Virus record (IMG/VR): IMGVR_UViG_3300033146_005641 | Span: 1 to 55,351 of that record | Length of the DNA: 55,351 nucleotides | Direction: 5' to 3' (one strand) | DNA from: a virus | Lineage: Duplodnaviria; Heunggongvirae; Uroviricota; Caudoviricetes | Shown here: in pieces, positions 19,561 through 28,833 of the stretch | How positions within the stretch are numbered: the first letter of the stretch is position 1 | Layout: each line of letters starts with the position of its first letter | Program-made: the position numbers and the translations under genes | Notes under the pieces: model-generated | The model's input: the letters and a program-made list of their open reading frames with translations, nothing else | Databases searched by the model: none | Told to the model about the DNA's origin: nothing

Positions 19561-19805
19561 TGTCTTTAGCTGTTATTGGTGGACTGCTAATGATCGTAGG
19601 ATCTTTTACTATGTATAGGGGTTTTATATTTTATAGTGTATTTTCTTATCTTGTAGCTGATCTTATATGGGCTGTTCTAGCATTTCAATCTGGAGATATG
19701 TTTGGAGGAATTACAATAGTATTGGGTACTATTTTTGGTATATTAACGTTTTTAAAAATGCATAAAGGCGAATTTGTAAAACATTTAAGGATAGATTATG
19801 AATAA
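19560..19805 (+). CDS. Small membrane protein (about 3 TM)
   Basis: Hydrophobic segments. Confidence 0.7.
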   Translation: MSLAVIGGLLMIVGSFTMYRGFIFYSVFSYLVADLIWAVLAFQSGDMFGGITIVLGTIFGILTFLKMHKGEFVKHLRIDYE

Positions 19806-19977
19806 ATTAAACGTTTTTAGTGATTTAACTATAGAAGATATTAGAAAACACTCTCCTCAACAAATTAAAAATTTTGCAGAAGTACTAAAGGAATATAAAA
19901 ACTTAAAAAATAATTTTGATGTTGTTTTAGTTAATATTAAAATTATGGAAGAAAACTATCCATATCTTTTTATCTGA
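19798..19977 (+). CDS. 59-aa hypothetical protein ending YPYLFI (not in the ORF track)
   Basis: AAGGA RBS, open frame, C-terminal motif. Confidence 0.65.
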   Translation: MNKLNVFSDLTIEDIRKHSPQQIKNFAEVLKEYKNLKNNFDVVLVNIKIMEENYPYLFI

Positions 19978-20164
19978 CCTCAGGCTTCTTTATTATGTAG
20001 TATGTGTATAAGAGATAGTGAGGCTCGCTACGTAAATGAGAAAAATGGTGTTTGAAACAGATTACTTTAAATAGGGATCTATATTATATAAATCAAACCA
20101 AGCTTTTAGAGATTTGCTAGGCTTCCCGGATTTTGGATATTTTTCTTTAAAGAATTTTTTACAT

Positions 20165-21532
20165 TTATTCTAATTTTGTAATAGATAAATACTCATTATT
20201 TATCCATTTATACTTACCTTTTTTTCTAAATAATTTTCCATCTTTTCTTAATGCCTCCATCCATATATTTTTAGGTATACTATTATCATTTATAAGATAC
20301 TGCTCTAGATATCCTTTAAAAATTATTTTATTTTTCTTTTTGATTTTAACTTTTTGTGTTTTTATACCTACTAAATATTTATTATTTTTCATCTCGTCTT
20401 TAGATACTGTTACTTTAGTGTCTGTTCTTATATCTATTGCAAATACTTTATCGTTTGTATTAAAGTTTTCTCTATATAATTGTCCTTTTTTCCAACCACT
20501 ATTACTATTTAGAAATTCATTTCTTTCCTGTTCAGATCCAAAGTGTTTCTGAATAATACCATCAGTCACATGAAAACGTCTACCTATAATGATATTGGTT
20601 CCTTTTTGCCATCCTTTTTCTATATAAGAATTTACGTCTTCTATATCGATAAACCTATAAACCTCATCCTTAAAAACAGCTACTTTATTCTTTATATATA
20701 TATTACTTCTTCCAGGATAATATCCTTCAAATAGTGATATATCGTTTACCCTAACTTTTTTATCTTCTACACCATTAGTTATCCATATCATATTATTATT
20801 ACCAGAGAAACCGCAATACCAGTCAGTATTATTTTTTAAGAAAATCTCTGCTTCTTCAATGGTCATTAATTTATTATTTATTCCATTAGTAATTCTTTTT
20901 TTAATATGACCTAAATTATAGTTATCTATCTCTTCTTTTTCTACATATAGATTTCTTATTCCGTCGTTAACCGGTATTTTTTTACGTATTTTACCATAAA
21001 CCCAATTACTATTTTTAACTAGTTTTTCAGCATTTCTTATGCTCATAACCTTATTAACATTTCCATTATTAACCCATTTTTTATTTTTATTACCTTCAAT
21101 ATTTTCCGAGTTAAAATAATTTCTTAAATCACCTTCTAAATTATACATAACGGGCGATTTAAAATATTTTCCTAAAATGTTTTTATTATAATAAAGAGAA
21201 TCCTCGCTCAAAACATCTCTTTCTATCTGCTCTTTTACTTCTAAATATCCGCTCTCTCCTCGTGTTCGACATAAATAAAGTATTTCTCTCTTAAAATTAT
21301 GTTTACCATATTTTTTTATATCCTCTTGAAGATCTTTAGACGAGCCGTAGTAATCTTGCCAATCAGATTCTTTCTTTACTCCACCTTTTAACTTATTAAA
21401 AAATACCTTTTTACCTATATAATATATGGGTCTATTAGGTTCTTCTATATAATTTAACCTCGTAATTAAATATACAAAGCTTTCAAATTCCTCTATAATA
21501 TCACTAAATACTTGATTATTATATGTCCACAT
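20165..21532 (-). CDS. GIY-YIG endonuclease (Seg-like) with repeated C-terminal WxxNG modules
   Basis: FVYLIT...YYIGKK...YYGSS...E..YYN; lone minus-strand gene; TATAAATA upstream. Confidence 0.8.
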   Translation of the reverse strand: MWTYNNQVFSDIIEEFESFVYLITRLNYIEEPNRPIYYIGKKVFFNKLKGGVKKESDWQDYYGSSKDLQEDIKKYGKHNFKREILYLCRTRGESGYLEVKEQIERDVLSEDSLYYNKNILGKYFKSPVMYNLEGDLRNYFNSENIEGNKNKKWVNNGNVNKVMSIRNAEKLVKNSNWVYGKIRKKIPVNDGIRNLYVEKEEIDNYNLGHIKKRITNGINNKLMTIEEAEIFLKNNTDWYCGFSGNNNMIWITNGVEDKKVRVNDISLFEGYYPGRSNIYIKNKVAVFKDEVYRFIDIEDVNSYIEKGWQKGTNIIIGRRFHVTDGIIQKHFGSEQERNEFLNSNSGWKKGQLYRENFNTNDKVFAIDIRTDTKVTVSKDEMKNNKYLVGIKTQKVKIKKKNKIIFKGYLEQYLINDNSIPKNIWMEALRKDGKLFRKKGKYKWINNEYLSITKLE

Positions 21533-21609
21533 ATTCTTCTCTAATATTAATAATGTCTTTTGATTTTAGTTGAGTAAGATTTTGCATTTTCCCTCCAATT
21601 CCTCTATTT

Positions 21610-21617
21610 TATTTATA
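21610..21617 (-). promoter_or_regulatory. T4-type late promoter TATAAATA
   Basis: Exact octamer upstream of the GIY-YIG gene. Confidence 0.5.
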
Positions 21618-21668
21618 TTTAAGTTAAATTATAATATAATATGATATATAAAGAGATAAGGATGGAAG
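21618..21668 (+). promoter_or_regulatory. Early promoter/RBS module
   Basis: TTTAAG-N11-TATAAT, TATAAAGAGATAAGGATGGAAG-GTG. Confidence 0.7.
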
Positions 21669-21893
21669 GTGATATTATTGAAGATTAGAGATATTGATGA
21701 CGTTGAATTAAATATTGATGATAAAATTCAATTAGTTGATGAAAATACTTATGAACCTATTGGAGATATATCTAGCGTTAGATTATCTTTAACGGATGAG
21801 GGTGCTTATGAGATTAAAGCATTTGAAAAAGAATATTCATACGTAAGAATTTATGAAGGCGCTTTCGCTCCTTTATTTAAAATTATTAAATGA
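21669..21893 (+). CDS. Hypothetical protein
   Basis: ORF after the promoter module. Confidence 0.65.
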   Translation: MILLKIRDIDDVELNIDDKIQLVDENTYEPIGDISSVRLSLTDEGAYEIKAFEKEYSYVRIYEGAFAPLFKIIK

Positions 21894-22168
21894 TAGAGAG
21901 ATGTTTTTATTAATAGCTTTAATTTTATTATTTTCTGGGAATATTCCCTGGGCTATAGGAATGATAATTTTACATATGTTGTTAGACGAGGATTGTTGAA
22001 TGGATTTAATTATAAATCCTGTCTATAATTGATATCCGTCGAATATTTATTATAGATCTGTAAATTGTAATGAGTCTATTAACCAAAATATAGAATCCGT
22101 TTATAGTTATTTTTACTATATTAGTGATGATGTTAATTATAGCATACGTTTATAAAAAGGAAATATAA

Positions 22169-23452
22169 ATGATTAAACAAATATTAGATGAGCTGAATTT
22201 AGAAAATGGCTCTAATTATAAAATAGCGGTTCTTGAAAAATATAAGGATAACGAGCTTCTTAAAAGAGTCCTTAAAATGACATATGATAAAGTATGTTAT
22301 ACCTACGGTATAACTATGAAAAATATTATTTGGGAGTCTGAGTCTCAAAGAGATATTAACGCTACCCTAATAGATGCTTTAGATTATTTGGAGGAATTTT
22401 TAAATACTAGGGAGCATACGGGTCATAAAGCTTTAAAAGGAGTTACTAATTTATTAGAAAGACTACCTAAAGATGATGCTGAAATTTTAGAAAAAATCAT
22501 TAATAGAGACTTGAGAATCAATCTCGGTACTAAGCAGATTAATAAGGTATTTAAAAATCTAATATTTGAAGTTCCCTATCAAAGATGTTCTCTACCTTCA
22601 GAAAAAACTTTCAAAAATATTAATTATCCCGCATATTCTCAAGAAAAATGCGATGGTCGATTCTGTTATGTTGTAAAGGATACCGATATTAGATTCTTTG
22701 CTAGAAGCGGAGAAGAAAATTATTTTCCAGAGTTAGCTAAAGAATTTGAAAATATTCCTAATGGAGTGTATACCGGTGAGTTATTAGTACACTCAGAAAC
22801 TAATAGATTTCTCGCTAATGGATTAATAAATTCTGATAATCCTCCGAGCGATATTTTTATGGTTTGCTGGGATTATTTAACTATTGAAGAATTTAATAAT
22901 AAAAGGTCAAATAGAATATATAAAGATAGATTTAGTGATCTGATGAAAAATATTAGACAATCAGGAATTCATCTGGTAGATACTAAAATAGTTCAAAACT
23001 ATGAAGAAGCGTATCATCACTTTACAGGTTTATTGAAGGAAGGAAAGGAAGGAACTATATTAAAAGATATGAGTTCTAAGTGGAAATCTAATACAGCTAC
23101 AGATCAAATCAAAATGAAAATGGAGATGACTATAGATGTTCGTTGTGTCGGTTTTGTTGAGGGAAAGGGTCGATTAAAAAATAGCCTTGGAGCCCTCGAG
23201 TTTCAAACAGATGATAAAACGGTTATTGGTACGTGTTCAGGTTTTTCAGATGAGCAACGACAAACGATATGGAATAATAAAGAAAAATATTTAAATAGAG
23301 TTTTTGAGGTTAAGTGTAATGAAGTTACTAAAGCTAAGAATAAAGATACATATGGGTTAAGCTATCCAAATTTTGTAGAGTTTCGTGATAAGGATACTAC
23401 AGATAATATTGAAAGAGTATTAGAAATTAGAGATTCTGTTTTAGGAGTATAG
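22169..23452 (+). CDS. ATP-dependent DNA ligase (T4 gp30-like)
   Basis: EKCDG adenylation motif, TGEL, EGTILK, OB-fold YPNF..FRDK. Confidence 0.93.
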   Translation: MIKQILDELNLENGSNYKIAVLEKYKDNELLKRVLKMTYDKVCYTYGITMKNIIWESESQRDINATLIDALDYLEEFLNTREHTGHKALKGVTNLLERLPKDDAEILEKIINRDLRINLGTKQINKVFKNLIFEVPYQRCSLPSEKTFKNINYPAYSQEKCDGRFCYVVKDTDIRFFARSGEENYFPELAKEFENIPNGVYTGELLVHSETNRFLANGLINSDNPPSDIFMVCWDYLTIEEFNNKRSNRIYKDRFSDLMKNIRQSGIHLVDTKIVQNYEEAYHHFTGLLKEGKEGTILKDMSSKWKSNTATDQIKMKMEMTIDVRCVGFVEGKGRLKNSLGALEFQTDDKTVIGTCSGFSDEQRQTIWNNKEKYLNRVFEVKCNEVTKAKNKDTYGLSYPNFVEFRDKDTTDNIERVLEIRDSVLGV

Positions 23453-23456
23453 AATT

Positions 23457-23753
23457 ATGAATGCAAAGACGATTTATATAAGAAAATATCAAACACCTAT
23501 GAAAATCACCACGTATTTTAAAATAATTAAGAAATGGGGACCTTTTAGATGGATTTTACATAAAGAGGTTGATTTACATATAGAACATATGTCGTATGAA
23601 TATACACCTATAAAAATAAGAGAAGTACATGAAGTTGTTAAGAATAGAATAGATGATTTTGTTTGGAGACTAATTTTTAAAAAAAGTTCAGAATTTGTTA
23701 AAGAATATACTATAAAAGAATTTGAGAGAGAATATGGAGCATATTTAATATGA
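23457..23753 (+). CDS. Hypothetical protein ending YGAYLI (motif variant)
   Basis: AGGAG RBS. Confidence 0.65.
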   Translation: MNAKTIYIRKYQTPMKITTYFKIIKKWGPFRWILHKEVDLHIEHMSYEYTPIKIREVHEVVKNRIDDFVWRLIFKKSSEFVKEYTIKEFEREYGAYLI

Positions 23754-24088
23754 TTATAGAAGAACATAAAGGAATGAAAATATTTAGAAACGTCTCTGAA
23801 TCTACTACACCCAAAGATATTAAAATGATATCTATCGATGAAAAAGATATCTCAAATTTTTTATGTATATATAAAGGCACTACGTTTGACGTATATAATA
23901 ATGATCCTATGAAATCTAAAGAAATTGAGTATTATTATATTTATTTAGATGATAGTGACGAATTCGGATTAAGATTTGATAATATAGAAATAGCTAAGTG
24001 GTATTTTGAGAAATTAAGAGAGAGTCATATACCGCATTTTAAAACTAAAGAAACTATTGAAAAAGATAAACCTAGCTTTTTTATATAG
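23750..24088 (+). CDS. Hypothetical protein ending KPSFFI
   Basis: ATGA coupling. Confidence 0.7.
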   Translation: MIIEEHKGMKIFRNVSESTTPKDIKMISIDEKDISNFLCIYKGTTFDVYNNDPMKSKEIEYYYIYLDDSDEFGLRFDNIEIAKWYFEKLRESHIPHFKTKETIEKDKPSFFI

Positions 24089-24104
24089 TTCGTATAGGAG
24101 ATAA

Positions 24105-24331
24105 ATGGAATTACGAATGGGCGATTTATTATTTAGGGAGGTCCTGTTGGTCTAAAGATATAAGAAGACTAGAGAAATATATTATCTATACAGTTCATCC
24201 TATTTATTATAAATGTATTATTTTAGATGAAGAGGATAGATATAATGATAGATATAAACAAGTTAAAAATTGGAGGAGATTTTCTTACTAAATCACAAAC
24301 AAAAGTAAAATTTCCTCAATATTTTATATAA
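24105..24331 (+). pseudogene. Frameshifted ORF ending VKFPQYFI
   Basis: AGGAG-ATG start, several frame switches, intact tagged end. Confidence 0.5.
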
Positions 24332-24375
24332 ACTTAATAATATTATATTATAATAAATCATAAAAGGAGAAAAGA

Positions 24376-24789
24376 TTGAATAAACCAATAATTTATTTGT
24401 CGGGTAACATGACGCCTTCACCAGAATTTTATAATAGTTGGACCGAAAAGATTATACATAAGGTGGGTTCTAAGTTTCGGTGTACTCATTCAAGATATAA
24501 GGAAGGTGGTAGTTTTATAGTTCAAACAGATTTAGCCAGATTAAAAAATTCACACATTTTAGTAGTTAATTTAGGTGTACAAGATAAATCTCATCACTTA
24601 ACAGGTTCAATAGTAGAAATCTATGAAGCATTTAAGAGAAATATACCCGTATATGCTTTTACCTGTAATAATTTAATAAGAAGCGAACAAGCAGACTCTC
24701 CATGGATTCAATCCTTCATAGCTAAAGAATTTAGTTCAGAAATAGAACTAGTCAGATATTTAATGATTAATGAGAATTTAGTAGTATGA
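24376..24789 (+). CDS. Nucleoside 2-deoxyribosyltransferase-like protein
   Basis: IYLSG, IVQTDLxxL..S.I, GS..EIYEA..NIPV pattern. Confidence 0.7.
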   Translation: MNKPIIYLSGNMTPSPEFYNSWTEKIIHKVGSKFRCTHSRYKEGGSFIVQTDLARLKNSHILVVNLGVQDKSHHLTGSIVEIYEAFKRNIPVYAFTCNNLIRSEQADSPWIQSFIAKEFSSEIELVRYLMINENLVV

Positions 24790-25274
24790 AGACATTAATA
24801 ATAGATGTAGATGAAACTATAGTATCTCTACGCAAAAAATGGAATAAATGGAGTGAAGATAATCTAGGATATTCTCTAGACTTTACTAAAGAGATTAATG
24901 ATGATAGAGCTCTAGAGTTCTGGAAAAGAGATAGTTTATATGATAATCTTGAACCTATTCCGGAGGCTCTTAATACTATTAAAAAGATAAGTAAAGATTA
25001 TAATATTATATTCTGTAGTCATTGTTTTGATGAGCATGTGGAATCTAAGAAAAAATTTATACAAAAATATTTTGATGATATTGAATATAGGTTTATTAAT
25101 ACAGGAGATAAACATAATGTAGAGGGAGATATTATAATTGATGATAGAGAAAGATTTCTGACATCTGATGAACACATAACAATTTTACTTAAGACAGAGT
25201 TTAATAGTACAGGTATAGCTGATTATGAAATGAACTGGAAAGAAATCGAAAAATTTTTAGAAAAGGAAGTATAG
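24786..25274 (+). CDS. HAD-family 5'(3')-deoxyribonucleotidase
   Basis: DVDET motif I, K....GDIIIDD motifs III-IV. Confidence 0.85.
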   Translation: MKTLIIDVDETIVSLRKKWNKWSEDNLGYSLDFTKEINDDRALEFWKRDSLYDNLEPIPEALNTIKKISKDYNIIFCSHCFDEHVESKKKFIQKYFDDIEYRFINTGDKHNVEGDIIIDDRERFLTSDEHITILLKTEFNSTGIADYEMNWKEIEKFLEKEV

Positions 25275-26045
25275 ATGATTAAAGATATAGATAATATATT
25301 TAATAAGTCGCTAGATAAGAAATGTTTATTATATAGTGGAGGATTAGATTCTTATATTATATATCAGCTAGAAAAAGATAATTTAGATTTTATTTTATAT
25401 ATAGACTCTAAATCTAAATATAGTAAGTATGAAATTGAATATCTAAAGAAGCAGAAATTAGATATTCCTATTATTATAGATGATAGATTAGATCTATCAG
25501 ATGTAGAGATGTCTAATAGTTATGTGCCTCTACGAAACCTATTTTTTAGTATGATAGCTGTTTTACACGGTGCAAGCGATATTCTTATTGGTGTAACTAG
25601 CGGAGATAGAGCTAAAGATAAAGATACTACCTTTAAAAAATTAACCGAAGATGTAATAAATTATCAACTTGAATCTCAGTGGTGGCATCCAGGATCTAAA
25701 ATTAATATTAATATGAAATATAAAAATTTTACTAAAAAAGATTTAATAGAGGAATATATTAGAAGGAGATATGATGTTAGAGATTTAATAGATAAATCAT
25801 TTAGTTGTTATCATCCTACCAAAGAAGGAAAAGAATGTCTATCATGTAAACCGGACATTAGAAAGTATACATTCTTGAGTAAGTATATAGATATTGGACA
25901 AGAAAGAAAAACAGCTTTAAGAAAATTTTATACTAAAGATATTATAATTGAGATAAAAGAAAGAGTAAATACTTCTAATAGTAGAGGTCAAGAAGATTTA
26001 GAAACTTTAGAAGCTATAGAAAGGAATTTTGAATGTCAAAAATAA
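25275..26045 (+). CDS. queC: QueC-like PP-loop protein (7-cyano/amido-7-deazaguanine synthase)
   Basis: YSGGLDS, VPLRNLFF, SFSCY...CLSCKP. Confidence 0.8.
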   Translation: MIKDIDNIFNKSLDKKCLLYSGGLDSYIIYQLEKDNLDFILYIDSKSKYSKYEIEYLKKQKLDIPIIIDDRLDLSDVEMSNSYVPLRNLFFSMIAVLHGASDILIGVTSGDRAKDKDTTFKKLTEDVINYQLESQWWHPGSKININMKYKNFTKKDLIEEYIRRRYDVRDLIDKSFSCYHPTKEGKECLSCKPDIRKYTFLSKYIDIGQERKTALRKFYTKDIIIEIKERVNTSNSRGQEDLETLEAIERNFECQK

Positions 26046-26584
26046 TTTTTGTTGGAGCTCAAGGAACAGGTAAGACTACTATGAATAATATAATAAGTTC
26101 TTACCTTCCCGATTATAGAGTTATTGATAGTATGTCAGAGAAGTTTTTTAAGAAGGATTTCTTTAAAGATGTTAATTCTGATAGGTATCTAAGAGCTCAG
26201 ATAGATATATATAACTATGCTTCTAGTGAGTATCTACAGAATGCAGATATTATAAGTTCTAGAGGATTTGCAGATAGTTACGGATATGTAAAGCATAGTT
26301 TAGATCAAACAGGAAAAGAGGAATTTAGAGAAATAATCAGAAGAATATTTTTAGATCAAGAAGCACTTTTAAAACAAGATGTGGTTCATTTCTATTTTCC
26401 GATTGAGTTTGATATAGAGAGTAAAGAACTTAGAAGTACTAATAAAGAATTCCAAGAGAAAACAGATAAGAATATATTAAAGTTTTTAAAAATGACAGAT
26501 ACTCCATTTTATGAAGTTAGAGGAACGGTTGAAGATAGAGAAAAATATATTCTAAAAATATTAAAAGCGAGGAAAATTATATGA
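26033..26584 (+). CDS. P-loop nucleotide kinase-like protein (AAA_28/dNMP kinase type)
   Basis: GAQGTGKTT, SRGFAD, R...FQ..D. Confidence 0.7.
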   Translation: MSKIIFVGAQGTGKTTMNNIISSYLPDYRVIDSMSEKFFKKDFFKDVNSDRYLRAQIDIYNYASSEYLQNADIISSRGFADSYGYVKHSLDQTGKEEFREIIRRIFLDQEALLKQDVVHFYFPIEFDIESKELRSTNKEFQEKTDKNILKFLKMTDTPFYEVRGTVEDREKYILKILKARKII

Positions 26585-27330
26585 TTTTCAGTCATGAAAT
26601 TCCTAAAAACCTATTAGACGTTTCTAGGTTTTTTAATCATTATGATTATGCATTAGACATACACTTCGATGATGAGAAATACTATAATTTTTTTAAAGAA
26701 AGTATAGAACTAGGCAGAACTGTAATATTAGATAATAGTTTATATGAGCGTAGAATTACTAATATATCTTTCGACGAAGAAAAGTATGCAAAATATATAA
26801 AAGACCTAAATCCTACATATTATATAATTCCTGATGCTTATGAATCTAGTGAGAAAAATATTATGTTATTTGAAAATTGGATGAAAAAGTTTAATATAGA
26901 TATTATAGGTAATAGTAAAATAGTCGTAATTCATGGTAGGGATTATAGTGACTATGTAAAATGCTATAAGTATTTTGATACTCATATACGAGATGAGGAT
27001 ATTATAGCTTTTAGTGGCGGAGATTCAAATATAGATAGAGAAAAGGTAATTCGTAGGATGTATTTAGAAGGACATATTAATCTAAAACGAAAACATCATC
27101 TATTAGGATTAGTACATCCTAAAGAACTAGAATCATATAAACATTTTAGTTTTATTACAAGTGTAGATACAAGCTTACCTATTATTTGTGCTGTAGAAAA
27201 TCATAAAATAGACGAGATAACAGAAAAACCTAAAACAGTAATTACTAAGATATTTAATGAAGATGTTAAATTAGATTTTAGATTACTATATTATAATATA
27301 TATAAATTAAGAGAGGTAGTTAATGATTAG
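26581..27330 (+). CDS. TGT/DpdA-like transglycosylase-fold protein
   Basis: ILDNS, IPD, HHLLG, SVDTS motifs; lies between queC and queE. Confidence 0.65.
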   Translation: MIFSHEIPKNLLDVSRFFNHYDYALDIHFDDEKYYNFFKESIELGRTVILDNSLYERRITNISFDEEKYAKYIKDLNPTYYIIPDAYESSEKNIMLFENWMKKFNIDIIGNSKIVVIHGRDYSDYVKCYKYFDTHIRDEDIIAFSGGDSNIDREKVIRRMYLEGHINLKRKHHLLGLVHPKELESYKHFSFITSVDTSLPIICAVENHKIDEITEKPKTVITKIFNEDVKLDFRLLYYNIYKLREVVND

Positions 27331-28099
27331 TATAATGGAGATATTTTACTCGGTTCAGGGTGAAGGTGAAAGAACCGGTAGACCGAGTATTTTTGTAAGA
27401 TCGGGATTATGTAATTTTACATGTCAGGGATTCGGCGTAGAATACGAAGATCCTAGAACAGGAGAATCTAAATATGGGTGTGATAGTTATTATTCAGTAA
27501 ATCCCGGATTTGCTAAGAGTTGGGACCTTTATGAAAATTATATAGATATTGTATATAGAATAGATGGTTGTATTCCTAAATTTAGTAAGCATAATTTGAT
27601 TAAACCCGATATAGTATTTACAGGTGGAGAACCTCTTATTCTCTGGAAAGATAAGGAATATCAGAAGCTTTTAGCTCACTATATTAGTAGAGGACATCAC
27701 GTTACTATTGAAACTAATGCTTCTATAGATATTGAATTCACTAGAAAATATCAAGAACAAATACAATTCAGTATGTCAGTTAAACTTAGTAACTCGGGAG
27801 AGCCTAAACATAAACGTATTAATATTAATAATATAACAAATATATTAGAAAATAGTACTAATAGTTATCTAAAATTTGTAGTTGATAGAGATACATGGTA
27901 TACAGACTTCGACGAAATTAAAGAAATTTTAAAAGATATTCCATACTATGTAGAAGATGTATATCTAATGCCCTTAGGAGATACTAGAGAAAAACTAGAG
28001 CAGAACGCAAAATTTGCTATGGAGAAATGTATAGAGATAGGTTTTTTATATAGTGATAGAGTACATATTAGAGTATGGGATAATAAAGGAGGAGTATAA
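27323..28099 (+). CDS. queE: 7-carboxy-7-deazaguanine synthase (radical SAM)
   Basis: EIFYSVQGEG, CNFTC...GCDS, TGGEP, IETN, RVHIRVW. Confidence 0.92.
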   Translation: MISIMEIFYSVQGEGERTGRPSIFVRSGLCNFTCQGFGVEYEDPRTGESKYGCDSYYSVNPGFAKSWDLYENYIDIVYRIDGCIPKFSKHNLIKPDIVFTGGEPLILWKDKEYQKLLAHYISRGHHVTIETNASIDIEFTRKYQEQIQFSMSVKLSNSGEPKHKRININNITNILENSTNSYLKFVVDRDTWYTDFDEIKEILKDIPYYVEDVYLMPLGDTREKLEQNAKFAMEKCIEIGFLYSDRVHIRVWDNKGGV

Positions 28100-28330
28100 G
28101 TGAAAAATAATGGAGGAGATACAGACTACTATAAAGTAAAGCCTGAATGGAAAATGGCTCAGGATATTATAGAAGATAGAGATATGAACTTCAGTCAAGG
28201 TAACATACTTAAAGTGGCTTTTACATTTAATCTAGGAAGACATTCCGGTACAGACTATGAAAGAGATCTAAATAAAATTATATATTTTGCTCGAAGAGAA
28301 TTAAATAAAATTAAAAATAAAGGAAATTAA
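28100..28330 (+). CDS. DUF3310-like small protein
   Basis: YY...DII...NF..GNILK...DLNKI.YF. Confidence 0.65.
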   Translation: MKNNGGDTDYYKVKPEWKMAQDIIEDRDMNFSQGNILKVAFTFNLGRHSGTDYERDLNKIIYFARRELNKIKNKGN

Positions 28331-28782
28331 TGGTAACGGTATATATTCATAAAGAAAACAAAAACGCGGTAACACCGGAGGTAGCATATAACAATACGAG
28401 TGCATGTTTTGATTTAACGTGTACGGAGACAGTAACGATTCCTGCCGGTGAATCCCGAGTAGTAGAAAACGGTTTAAACGTTTGTATAGATCAAGGAGAC
28501 CCATATTGGATGCAAATCCAGCTAAGAAGTTCTAAGGGATTTAAGTATGATTTAATACCTCACTATGGAACAGTAGATGCGGGATATACAGGTCCTTTAG
28601 GAGTAAAAGTATATAATGTTGGTAAGGAAGATGTAACTATTCAAAAAGGTGAAAGATATGCACAAATTGCAGTAATTCCTAAACCACAATATAACATTAG
28701 AGAACTATCTGATGATGAGTTTAAAGAATTTGAACAAAAGCAACATAGAGGTTCAGGCGGTTTTGGTAGTTCTGGTAAGTAA
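28330..28782 (+). CDS. dut: Trimeric dUTPase
   Basis: ACFDL, RSS, GTVDAGYTG, RYAQ, RGSGGFGSSG. Confidence 0.93.
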   Translation: MVTVYIHKENKNAVTPEVAYNNTSACFDLTCTETVTIPAGESRVVENGLNVCIDQGDPYWMQIQLRSSKGFKYDLIPHYGTVDAGYTGPLGVKVYNVGKEDVTIQKGERYAQIAVIPKPQYNIRELSDDEFKEFEQKQHRGSGGFGSSGK

Positions 28783-28833
28783 TTAATATAATATTAATAC
28801 AAAAGTTATATTATAATAGTAGAAAGGAGCGTA

